In this document: positions 39,567-47,844 of the stretch, one piece after another
How positions within the stretch are numbered: position 1 is the first letter of the stretch
Layout of the letters: each line of letters begins with the position of its first letter
NCBI GenBank assembly: GCA_964630825.1
Contig: CAZVZR010000005.1
Coordinates: 3,545-67,544, forward strand
Source of the DNA: an uncultured Planctomycetales bacterium
GTDB taxonomy: Bacteria; Omnitrophota; Gorgyraeia; Zapsychrales; Zapsychraceae
Length of the DNA stretch: 64,000 nt
Reading direction: 5' to 3'
The notes under the pieces: generated by a model
Seen by the model: the letters and a program-made list of their open reading frames with translations, nothing else
Database searches by the model: none
What the model was told of the DNA's origin: nothing
Position numbers and translations under genes: made by a program

Positions 39567-40776
39567 AGCTTTAGAAGATAAAATGCTTGCTCCTTATGCC
39601 ATGCGCAGCAAGGATTCGCAAGGCAGGGAGCATGACAATTCCCAGCATGAGGTGCGTACGTGTTATCAACGCGACCGTGATCGCATTGTTCACTGCGAAG
39701 CTTTTCGCCGTCTGGAATATAAAACGCAGGTTTTTGTCATTCTCGAAGGAGATTATTACCGCACGCGACTAACGCACACCATTGAAGTCGCGCAGATCGC
39801 CCGCACGATTGGCCGCTGTTTGCAATTAAATGAAGATTTAATTGAGGCCATTGCCCTGGCGCACGACCTCGGTCATCCGCCGTTTGGCCATGCGGGTGAA
39901 ACGGCGCTTAATGCCATTATGAGAGGGGAATTGGGGTTTAACGGAGAGAAAAAAGTCGATTCGGATGGTTTTAATCATAATTTCCGTAGCTTTGAAATCG
40001 TCACTAAATTTGAAAAGCGTTATCCGGATTTCAACGGATTAGATCTAACCCGGGAAGTTTTAGTCGGGATATTAAAACATGAGACACGTTATGATCGTAA
40101 AGCAGAAGTGGCGCAGTATAAAAATGATGGGCCAACCTTGGAAGCGAAAGTCGTCGATGTGGCCGACGCGCTGGCTTATTTGTCACATGATATCGATGAC
40201 GGCCTTACATCCGGGTGCATCACCAAAGACGACTTAATGGAGAGCTCGCTTTGGAAGGAGTCTTACGAAAAAATTGAATCTCTGCTAGACCAAGATAATA
40301 AAGGAATGCTAAAGTATCAAGTAGTTAAGTTTTTAATTGATGCTCAAATAAAGGATTTGCTTTCAACTTCTGATCATAATTTAAAAAGATTAAATTTTCG
40401 CAGTGCAAAGGAAGCCCGCGATTATCACCTCAAGAACCCGCAGAAGCCGGTCATCACGTTTAGCCCGAAAATGGCAAAGGAACGCAAGCAGCTTCAGGAC
40501 CTTTTGTTCAAAAAGCTGTACCGGCATTATCGGGTGGAGCGCATGACAGAAAAAGCGAAACGGGTGATTGCTGAAATTTTTGAAGTTTATGAAAAAAATC
40601 CGGATCAACTGCCGCCTGAATTTTGGGGAAGGCCTGCACGGCCCCAAGGCTCTTCCCAGAGGCTGGAGTGGGAAAAACGAAAATATTATGCTATTTGCAA
40701 TTATATTGCAGGCATGACAGACAGGTTTGCTTTAGATGAACACAAGAAACTCTTCGAGCCATACCAAAAAGTATAG
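39544..40776 (+). CDS. dgt: dGTP triphosphohydrolase-like (Dgt family, HD domain)
   Basis: HD motif in RLTHTIEVAQIAR...HDLGHPPFGH. 410 aa. Overlaps the HIT gene by 23 nt. Confidence 0.85.
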   Translation: MHTRKDIEALEDKMLAPYAMRSKDSQGREHDNSQHEVRTCYQRDRDRIVHCEAFRRLEYKTQVFVILEGDYYRTRLTHTIEVAQIARTIGRCLQLNEDLIEAIALAHDLGHPPFGHAGETALNAIMRGELGFNGEKKVDSDGFNHNFRSFEIVTKFEKRYPDFNGLDLTREVLVGILKHETRYDRKAEVAQYKNDGPTLEAKVVDVADALAYLSHDIDDGLTSGCITKDDLMESSLWKESYEKIESLLDQDNKGMLKYQVVKFLIDAQIKDLLSTSDHNLKRLNFRSAKEARDYHLKNPQKPVITFSPKMAKERKQLQDLLFKKLYRHYRVERMTEKAKRVIAEIFEVYEKNPDQLPPEFWGRPARPQGSSQRLEWEKRKYYAICNYIAGMTDRFALDEHKKLFEPYQKV

Positions 40777-41809
40777 GCAGGTTTTATCCTCCGTCCACAT
40801 GGTTTACCGCCTGGTAAACTCGACCTATAATACCCAGGAATTAATCTTGCGTTTAACGAGGTTATTGTGCCAGTTTATACAGGCCAGTTCTTCGGCCGTT
40901 TATCTCTTTGATACTGACGCCAAAAAAGTTGTTCTGAAGGCCAGCTTCGATAATAAGATTAATATACTTGTTAAAAAGAAAAAAGAGCTGGCTAATTTTT
41001 CGCCGCCCGTTGATAAAGTTTTAAAGGGTTTTACCGTTTTTGAGAAGCATATTATTGGTTTGCCTTTAGTCGCTGATGAAATTATTGGAGCTATCTTTGT
41101 TTATAGAAAAAGAAGCGAGACAGCCTTTAACGAATATGACAAGGATTTGCTTTCCGTGGTGGGGGAACAATCCGTGACCGCTATTAAAAATCTTCAGTTA
41201 AATGAGGAGCAGCAAAAGACAATTTTAGGAAGCATCAAATTTATCAGCAAGTTATTAAAAGCTTATGGGCATAATTCGCATATGAATTTGCACACGCCGC
41301 ATTTATTTAAAATCATTAAGGCGATAGCGTTAAAATTACATGTCGGGCAGGAGGGGATTGAAAGTTTATATTATGTCACTATTTTACGTGACGCTGGGCT
41401 TATCGACGTTCCCTATAATATTCTGGCCAAAACAAGCCAATTGTCTTCGGAAGAATTTAAAGTTATCAGAGAGCACCCAACGAAAAGCGTGGAATTGATA
41501 CGCCCGGTGGAATTCCTTAAACCGGTTTTACCAATCATCCTTTATCATCATGAGCATTACGATGGTTCAGGGTATCCTTCGGGACTAAGGAAAGAGCAGA
41601 TTCCGTTGGGGGCACGGATTCTGGGCGTCGTTGCCGCTTTTGAGGCCATGACCAGCGAACGTCCTTATAAAAGGTGTTTATCCGTCGAGGAAGCGATTGA
41701 GGAACTTAAAGCACACAGTGGAAGCCAATTTGACCCCATGGTTGTGGGAGCCTTTGTTGAGCTGGTCAAACAAAAGAATTTTAGAAAATACTTGAGAAGC
41801 ACCAATTAA
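40736..41809 (+). CDS. GAF-domain / HD-GYP phosphodiesterase
   Basis: N-terminal GAF-like domain and C-terminal HD-GYP (HHEHYDGSGYP). The true start may be the internal ATG near 40796. Overlaps the dgt 3' end. Confidence 0.8.
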   Translation: MNTRNSSSHTKKYRQVLSSVHMVYRLVNSTYNTQELILRLTRLLCQFIQASSSAVYLFDTDAKKVVLKASFDNKINILVKKKKELANFSPPVDKVLKGFTVFEKHIIGLPLVADEIIGAIFVYRKRSETAFNEYDKDLLSVVGEQSVTAIKNLQLNEEQQKTILGSIKFISKLLKAYGHNSHMNLHTPHLFKIIKAIALKLHVGQEGIESLYYVTILRDAGLIDVPYNILAKTSQLSSEEFKVIREHPTKSVELIRPVEFLKPVLPIILYHHEHYDGSGYPSGLRKEQIPLGARILGVVAAFEAMTSERPYKRCLSVEEAIEELKAHSGSQFDPMVVGAFVELVKQKNFRKYLRSTN

Positions 41810-41828
41810 TAACAATATAATAATATAT

Positions 41829-42437
41829 ATGAATTTACAAGCTCGCAAACAATCTCAATTTGAATTATTCCCTGCAACGACTTTAGAAATCCAGGACACA
41901 CAGAGAGTTGCCGGTATTTTAAAAGACTTGACACTTTCGGCGGAAAACATTATTGTTTTATGTATTATTTTTATCATGAGTTGGGTGTTGCTTTTCTCTT
42001 TCGGTGTTGAAAGAGGAAAAGGATTGTCTCGGTTGAATATTATTAGGGAAGCACCGCCGGCACCCGCTGTCCAAACAAGCAAAATTCAAACACCGGTTGT
42101 CAATAAAACGCTCTCTGTAAAAATGAATACCGTTGTTACTCCGAAATTGGAGCAACAAATTCCTGAAGTAAAAAAGGAAGTCGTGAATGTTGCTTTACTT
42201 GCGTCACAGCCAATTTTGTCAGATGCTTACACTATACAAGTGGCATCGTTTAAGCAGGAAGAAAACGCGCAACGTGAAGCAGCAAAGATTAAGGGGTTAG
42301 GCTATGAGTCGTTTGTCCTTTCCAAAGGGACTCACTCGATTGTATGTGTCGGTAAATTTGAGGAAAAACAAAAAGCACAGAAAATTTCTAGCGAGCTTAA
42401 AAGAAAATACCAGGATAGTGTTATAAGGAGATTATAA
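41829..42437 (+). CDS. SPOR-domain membrane protein
   Basis: One TM helix and a C-terminal SPOR fold (YTIQVASFKQEENAQREAAKIKGLGYESFV...). Confidence 0.7.
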   Translation: MNLQARKQSQFELFPATTLEIQDTQRVAGILKDLTLSAENIIVLCIIFIMSWVLLFSFGVERGKGLSRLNIIREAPPAPAVQTSKIQTPVVNKTLSVKMNTVVTPKLEQQIPEVKKEVVNVALLASQPILSDAYTIQVASFKQEENAQREAAKIKGLGYESFVLSKGTHSIVCVGKFEEKQKAQKISSELKRKYQDSVIRRL

Positions 42438-42748
42438 TGTCGTTGCATCCATCGTTAAAAATTGATAAAGCATCTTCCCAGCACAGAACCGTTCTTACAC
42501 GCATCGAACGGATTAAAGACTTGATGAAAAAAGGCCTTTGGTCCGATGACAAATCGGTAACCGGCTTGCCTAAAACAAAGATTACCAAAATTAAAGCCCG
42601 TAAGTCAAAGGCCAAAGAAGAGACGCCAGAAGCCGCCGCAGCAGCGGGAGCAGGTGAAGCTCCGAAAGCGGCTGCAGGTGGAGCCCCGAAAGCCGCAGCA
42701 GGTGAAGCCCCGAAAGCCGCAGCCAAGGCCAAACCCAAAGCTGCTTAA
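42437..42748 (+). CDS. small Ala/Lys/Pro-rich (histone H1/AlgP-like) protein
   Basis: 103 aa. The C-terminal half consists of APKAAAG repeats. The coding call rests on the low-complexity composition plus an in-phase start overlapping the SPOR stop. Confidence 0.5.
   Translation: MSLHPSLKIDKASSQHRTVLTRIERIKDLMKKGLWSDDKSVTGLPKTKITKIKARKSKAKEETPEAAAAAGAGEAPKAAAGGAPKAAAGEAPKAAAKAKPKAA
42653..42727 (+). repeat. 3 x 24-nt tandem repeat encoding (E/G)APKAAAG
   Basis: CCGAAAGC recurs at 42662, 42686 and 42710 with a 24-nt period. Confidence 0.7.
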
Positions 42749-42793
42749 TTTTAAGCTTTACGCAAGCCACACCAGTTTTACTTTAAAAATCCT

Positions 42794-43585
42794 ATGCGTT
42801 TTAGAATTTATCTATTAGGCATTCTTTTTTGTCTAGCCGCAGTTACTACCAAGGCACAAGCAGAGCAGGAATCCTTCCCTTTTTTAGCCGCAATTACCAA
42901 AAATGATGTAAATGTCAGAGCTGGTATGAGCGTTAATTTCGAAAAACTTTGCCAACTTAATAAAGGGGATCAAGTTGTTGTTTTGGAGCGGACGTTAAAC
43001 TGGTATAAGATTAAATTGCCTATTGCCGCCGGTTCTTATGTGAGCCAGAAATATATTCACTCCCTTGATGGAAAGACAGGGGAAGTCATGGTGAATAATT
43101 TAAATGTGCGCGCCGGACCAGGGGATCAGTATTCTGTCTTAGGCCGTTTGAGTAAAGGGGCAAAAGTTTATTTTGTTTCAGTTAAAAATGGTTGGTGGAG
43201 GATTGAACCGCCGTTGGAGGGTTCTTATGGGTGGGTGAGCAAAGACTTTTTAAGTTTTAAATCAAGGGACGTTAGCGCATATAAGGATCCAACGGCATTG
43301 GCCAGGGAGAATACATCTTCCCCGGATAAAAAGGCTGTTTCACCAGATTCCGCAACGCCTGTTAAAAGTGTTGGCTATTTGACTTTATTGCCAGCGGAGC
43401 AAAGCCCTTTTGGGTACGGGCTAAAACTTGATGATAAAATAACATGCTATTTAGTCGGGATGGAAAATATTTTCAGCGAGTTTAAGGATAGTAAGGTAAC
43501 TGTTGAGGGGGTTGTCAAACAACCTGCAGGAAAAGAAGTGGCACTTCCTATCATTGATGTCAGTCAAATTGAGTTAATCCTTTAA
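42794..43585 (+). CDS. secreted protein with two bacterial SH3 (SH3b) domains
   Basis: Signal peptide and two repeats of the VNVRAG...GD...WYKI / WWRI pattern. Confidence 0.65.
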   Translation: MRFRIYLLGILFCLAAVTTKAQAEQESFPFLAAITKNDVNVRAGMSVNFEKLCQLNKGDQVVVLERTLNWYKIKLPIAAGSYVSQKYIHSLDGKTGEVMVNNLNVRAGPGDQYSVLGRLSKGAKVYFVSVKNGWWRIEPPLEGSYGWVSKDFLSFKSRDVSAYKDPTALARENTSSPDKKAVSPDSATPVKSVGYLTLLPAEQSPFGYGLKLDDKITCYLVGMENIFSEFKDSKVTVEGVVKQPAGKEVALPIIDVSQIELIL

Positions 43586-43592
43586 AGAGATT

Positions 43593-44222
43593 ATGTCTGA
43601 GAGTATTATTTTAATTTGTATTTTGATTTTTTCCGTTATCTGCCATGAATATGCTCATGGTTGGGCGGCGTATCATTTGGGTGATCCGACGGCGAAATTG
43701 GCCGGGCGGCTAACCTTAAACCCAATTAAACATATTGATCCCATTGGGACGATTCTTCTTCCTGGAATTCTAATTCTTTTGCGCCTGATGGGGCAAAGTG
43801 TGTTTGTCATTGGCTGGGCCAAGCCTGTGCCGGTTAATTTTGCTGGATTAAATAATCCCCGCAGGGATATGATTTTGGTAGCTTTGGCCGGGCCAGCTGT
43901 CAATTTGTCTTTTGCCTTTGTTTTCAGCCGGTTACTCTTGTTAAATGTCCCGATCAATATTTTTAATTTATTAATTTTAACCATTTTCATTAATTCATTA
44001 CTCGCTTTCTTTAACTTGATTCCCATTCCACCGTTGGATGGTTCACGTGTCTTAATGGGGTTATTGCCACGAAATTTGGCTATAGTTTATAGCCGATTAG
44101 AACGGTTTGGGTTACCGATTGTTTTTATTCTTTTGTATTTGGGGATGTTCGGAAAGATTGTTTGGCCGGTGATGGCTTTATGGGGAAAATTCTTGGGAGT
44201 AGATTTTAATGGCATCGGTTAA
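43593..44222 (+). CDS. site-2 protease family (peptidase M50-like) membrane metalloprotease
   Basis: HEYAHG (HExxH) in TM1, multiple TM helices, and the LDG motif (PIPPLDGSRV). Confidence 0.7.
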   Translation: MSESIILICILIFSVICHEYAHGWAAYHLGDPTAKLAGRLTLNPIKHIDPIGTILLPGILILLRLMGQSVFVIGWAKPVPVNFAGLNNPRRDMILVALAGPAVNLSFAFVFSRLLLLNVPINIFNLLILTIFINSLLAFFNLIPIPPLDGSRVLMGLLPRNLAIVYSRLERFGLPIVFILLYLGMFGKIVWPVMALWGKFLGVDFNGIG

Positions 44223-45297
44223 TGTTAACTTAAAAGATAATCCTTACCGCATCATCGTTGGAAAGAAAATCCTTGATCAGCTAGGAGGGTATCTGAAAGC
44301 TCTTAAGTTGGGGCAGGATGCTGTCATTATTACGGATCCGGTGATTAATAAACTGTATTCAGGAACGGTTATAAAGAGTTTAAGGAAATATGGTTTTTCG
44401 GTAAAAGTATTGATTGTTCCACCGGGAGAAAGAACTAAATCGGCCCAGTATGCTATCAAGTTGTTGGAAGAAATCGCTAAGTACGATGTTTTAAAGAAGA
44501 TTTTTATTGTGGCTTTAGGCGGTGGTGTGATTGGCGATCTTTCCGGATTTGTCGCTTCAATTTATAAACGAGGGAAACCATATGTTCAGGTTCCCACAAC
44601 GTTTTTAGCGCAGATTGATTCAGCCATCGGCGGAAAAACAGCCATTGACTTGTCGGTAGGGAAAAATTATGTGGGCGCGTTTTATCAGCCCAAACTTGTT
44701 TTTAGCGACATTGCGGCTTTAAGGACATTGGATAAACGGCAATTGCGTAACGGTTTGGCGGAGGCGGTTAAATATGGCGTGATTACTGATAAGAGATTGT
44801 TCACTTACTTGGAGAAAAATTACGGCCGTGTGTTAAACGCCGATACACAGGCCCTCGAACATGTCGTATTGCGGTGCAGCCGCATTAAAACAAGGATTGT
44901 TTTAGCCGATGAGAAGGAAACAAAAGGAATTCGTACGGTCCTTAATTTTGGGCATACCATCGGTCATGCCATCGAAGCAGCGGGTAAGTTCAAGCAGTAT
45001 CATCATGGTGAGGCCATTGCTTTGGGCATGCGTGTTGCCGCCAGTATTTCACACAGGCTTGGTTTGTTGGGTCAATTAGATGTTGACCGCTTGAATTGTT
45101 TGTTATCCGCGATTGGGCTACCGAACCGCATAAAAAAGGTTAGCCTCAAAGATATTTTGTGGATTATGAATTATGATAAAAAATTTGTTTCTGGGACGAA
45201 CCGTTTCGTTATTGCCGTCGAGATTGGGGGAGTAAAAGTCAAAGAAAATATCCCGTTTAAGGTTATTAAAGAGGCGATTTTAGAGTATATGCCATAA
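44209..45297 (+). CDS. aroB: 3-dehydroquinate synthase
   Basis: Motifs GGGVIGDLSGFVAS, QVPTTFLAQIDSAIGGKTAIDL and histidine metal ligands. 362 aa. Confidence 0.88.
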   Translation: MASVNVNLKDNPYRIIVGKKILDQLGGYLKALKLGQDAVIITDPVINKLYSGTVIKSLRKYGFSVKVLIVPPGERTKSAQYAIKLLEEIAKYDVLKKIFIVALGGGVIGDLSGFVASIYKRGKPYVQVPTTFLAQIDSAIGGKTAIDLSVGKNYVGAFYQPKLVFSDIAALRTLDKRQLRNGLAEAVKYGVITDKRLFTYLEKNYGRVLNADTQALEHVVLRCSRIKTRIVLADEKETKGIRTVLNFGHTIGHAIEAAGKFKQYHHGEAIALGMRVAASISHRLGLLGQLDVDRLNCLLSAIGLPNRIKKVSLKDILWIMNYDKKFVSGTNRFVIAVEIGGVKVKENIPFKVIKEAILEYMP

Positions 45298-45343
45298 GTA
45301 AAGTTTTTTTCATCCTTTTGCTTGTGGTGGTGGAAAAATTATT

Positions 45344-45372
45344 TTGACAAAAAGCTGGGAATTTATCATAAT
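45344..45372 (+). promoter_or_regulatory. sigma70-type promoter TTGACA-17-CATAAT
   Basis: TTGACA at 45344-45349, 17-nt spacer, CATAAT at 45367-45372. It lies about 65 nt upstream of the 45439 ATG. Confidence 0.6.
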
Positions 45373-45438
45373 TAAGACAAATAAAGGAGAATTTTAGATA
45401 AGTAATAGTTTTTGGTTTGGTAGAGAAAGGGGGGGGAA

Positions 45439-45708
45439 ATGATAGTTAGCACAATGAAAAAATCGAAGTTAACCACTGAAAAAGAGTTGGGTTTTAACAG
45501 CAGGAAAAAAAGAATTTCTTCGGAGTTAAGTAATCCCATTCAAAAAGAATCATCCCCGTTTGTGAACGAACAAATTCAAGAAAAAGTTAAGGAAAAAGCG
45601 TATAGTCTTTTTGAGAAACGTGGTTACAGTCATGGGCAGGACTTAAATGACTGGTTTCAGGCAGAAAAGATTGTGTCTGAAGAATTAGCGCGTTCCGGAA
45701 AGTCTTAA
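45439..45708 (+). CDS. DUF2934-domain small protein
   Basis: C-terminal KAYSLFEKRGYSHGQDLNDWFQAEKIV matches the DUF2934 consensus (RAYxlWEx.GRP.G.d.edWlqAE). Confidence 0.55.
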   Translation: MIVSTMKKSKLTTEKELGFNSRKKRISSELSNPIQKESSPFVNEQIQEKVKEKAYSLFEKRGYSHGQDLNDWFQAEKIVSEELARSGKS

Positions 45709-45724
45709 AAAAGAGAGGAATTAC

Positions 45725-46189
45725 ATGAAAAGAAGTTCAGGGGTTATGTTGGGCAGTGTTTGTTTAATCACCGTGTTATGGTTCTCGCCTGCAATTGCAG
45801 CTGATCCTGCACCAACAAATGCTGAGACAAAAAATGTTGATACAGCAAATGTCGGTGAAGATGTAAATTTTAGTTTTGGTAAAGTTGTCAAGGCTTCGGA
45901 CAATGAGTTGGTTGTCAGAGAACCCAATTGGGAAAGTGAAACAGAAGAGGAAACGGAAGTTTCATATGTTATTGATTCAAGCACCACCCTGGAGAACATG
46001 AAATCCATTAGTGAAGTTCAGGCTCAGGATGATGTGGAAATTTATTTTAAAGATGAAGGCGGAAAGAAAAAAGCCGTTTCTGTTTCCAAATACAGTCCCG
46101 ATGATGAGGAAGATCAAATGAATTCAGATGAAACCCCTGGCAATAATGAAGAGATAATCAATGCCAGTGGTAATAATTCAAAAATTTAA
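45725..46189 (+). CDS. secreted acidic hypothetical protein
   Basis: Signal peptide (cleavage after AIAA) followed by a D/E-rich mature region. Confidence 0.5.
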   Translation: MKRSSGVMLGSVCLITVLWFSPAIAADPAPTNAETKNVDTANVGEDVNFSFGKVVKASDNELVVREPNWESETEEETEVSYVIDSSTTLENMKSISEVQAQDDVEIYFKDEGGKKKAVSVSKYSPDDEEDQMNSDETPGNNEEIINASGNNSKI

Positions 46190-46229
46190 GTTAAAAAAGT
46201 AAGCGGTTGAACAAGTAATTAAATAAAAA

Positions 46230-46278
46230 GCCTCGTAGTGAAGATGCGGTTAAGACTTTCTTCCAACGAGGCTTTTTT
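46230..46278. terminator. bidirectional rho-independent terminator between convergent genes
   Basis: GCCTCGT...ACGAGGC stem flanked by AAAAA 5' and TTTTTT 3'. Confidence 0.6.
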
Positions 46279-46308
46279 ATGGATAAAAGGTTGTCAGCGG
46301 GGAGTATT

Positions 46309-46887
46309 TTATCTTACCAGCAGTTTGGTTGTTTCGCCGTTTTCCGTTAGTTCAACGCCATCGGGAGTAATGGAGACAATTGTTTTTCCTTCAACAACAT
46401 CGCCAGTTTTATAAATACGGTCGTTAATCAAAGCTGTCCCTTGTTGCGCTTTGTCAAACGCAACCCCTTTTAAAATCAATGGGGTAACCGCTGGAGTGTT
46501 GGCACTGACTGCCATATCAGCGCCAGGGATTTTTATCTTGGTGGGGAGGGAAGAAGTTCTCTGCTCTATCATTGGGTTAGTTTGTGGTTGTGATGAGTTA
46601 TGATGTAGAGTCGTCGAAAGGTATATTCCAAACCCGATGCCAGCAGCCAGCACGAATAAAATAAAAAAAGAAATATTTTGCGATGAAGAGGGATGTTGGG
46701 CCGTGGGCGTTTCTCGCGGAATAGGTTGGGGAGAAATATGCGTTTCTTTGAGGTCTTTCTCTTGTGATACGGGTGTTGATATAAATATTTTATTGGAAGA
46801 TTCATCAACTGGCTGTGGCTTAGCTGGCGGGTGGGTGGTTTTTAAGTTTGCTTGTACCTTTTTTAAGGCATCATTGATAATACTCAT
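46309..46887 (-). CDS. GspB-like (general secretion pathway protein B family) membrane protein
   Basis: N-terminal MSIINDALKK, typical of GspB. One TM helix, a Pro/Gln-rich linker, and a conserved C-terminus (LILKGVAFDKAQQGTALINDRIYKTGDVVEG). Confidence 0.55.
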   Translation of the reverse strand: MSIINDALKKVQANLKTTHPPAKPQPVDESSNKIFISTPVSQEKDLKETHISPQPIPRETPTAQHPSSSQNISFFILFVLAAGIGFGIYLSTTLHHNSSQPQTNPMIEQRTSSLPTKIKIPGADMAVSANTPAVTPLILKGVAFDKAQQGTALINDRIYKTGDVVEGKTIVSITPDGVELTENGETTKLLVR

Positions 46888-47703
46888 TTATACATTTACC
46901 TCTTGCAGGCACGCTTGGATAAGATGTTCGTCAATAGTATAAGTTTCTTGGACATAACCGGCTAAGAGGGCACGATCGCAGAGGATGTTAACGGTCCGCG
47001 GTGTCCCTTTAGAATTTTCATAAATCATGTCAAAAGCCTTTTCAGTGATCTTAAGCTTTGTGGATTTTCCCTTGTCTTTGGTTGCAACATTTATTCGATG
47101 TTCGATATACTTTCTTAGTTCATTACGGTCTAAAGGTAAAATATGGTAGCGTACGGAAATCCGTTGGTTAACCTGCCGCAAGGAAGGATCTTTAAGGTGC
47201 CCCAACAGTTCCGGCTGGCCGACAAGGACTATCTGCAAGAGTTTTTGTTTTTCTGTTTCCAGGTTTGATAACAAACGGATTTGCTCAAGCTGTTTTGGCT
47301 TTAAGTTTTGCGCCTCATCTACAATCAGGACGACATTATTACCCTTGTTGGTTTCTTTGATAAGGTAGTTGTTTAGCGCATCAATTAAGGCAAATTTATT
47401 TTTAGCTTTAACTTCAATACCGAAATCTTTAAGAATAAACTGTAAAAGCTGTAGGTCAGAGAAACTGGGGTTTAAAATGAGGGCGGTATTAATACTTTTA
47501 TCCAAACGGTTCAAGAGAGTACGGCAGAGGGTTGTTTTTCCAGTGCCGATTTCCCCGGTTATAAGAATTATGCCGGTTCTTTGCTTAATACCGAACTCCA
47601 AATGAGAGAAAGCCTCTGAATGGCGAGTGCTTAAAAAGAAAAATTCCGGGTCGGCGGTTATATTGAAAGGATTTTCCTTTAGATTATAAAATTCTTCATA
47701 CAT
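46888..47703 (-). CDS. ExeA/GspA-like AAA ATPase
   Basis: N-terminal YEEFYNLKENPFNITADPEFFF and GEIGTGKTTL P-loop (AAA_22-like). 271 aa. Confidence 0.75.
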   Translation of the reverse strand: MYEEFYNLKENPFNITADPEFFFLSTRHSEAFSHLEFGIKQRTGIILITGEIGTGKTTLCRTLLNRLDKSINTALILNPSFSDLQLLQFILKDFGIEVKAKNKFALIDALNNYLIKETNKGNNVVLIVDEAQNLKPKQLEQIRLLSNLETEKQKLLQIVLVGQPELLGHLKDPSLRQVNQRISVRYHILPLDRNELRKYIEHRINVATKDKGKSTKLKITEKAFDMIYENSKGTPRTVNILCDRALLAGYVQETYTIDEHLIQACLQEVNV

Positions 47704-47775
47704 TGGCAGCCATTATAACATGCCGGCGGGAATCATCAATGTTTTTCATTATCCTGTTGGGTGGCAAAAAAATAA

Positions 47776-47803
47776 TTGTCAGCGTTTTAGAATATGCTAT
47801 AAT
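47776..47803 (+). promoter_or_regulatory. sigma70 promoter with extended -10 (TTGTCA-16-TGcTATAAT)
   Basis: TTGTCA at 47776-47781 and TATAAT at 47798-47803, preceded by TGc. It lies 42 nt upstream of the PilZ gene. Confidence 0.6.
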
Positions 47804-47844
47804 GCACCACATCTTTGTAAAAAAGTTCTTACAGGAGATCTGAC

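Noticed and set aside
42421-42738. Minus-strand ORF with (AAFGA)n repeats
   Set aside because: It is the mirror reading of the APKAAAG tandem repeat. The + strand ORF has a coupled start with the SPOR gene and is preferred, although the strand is not proven.
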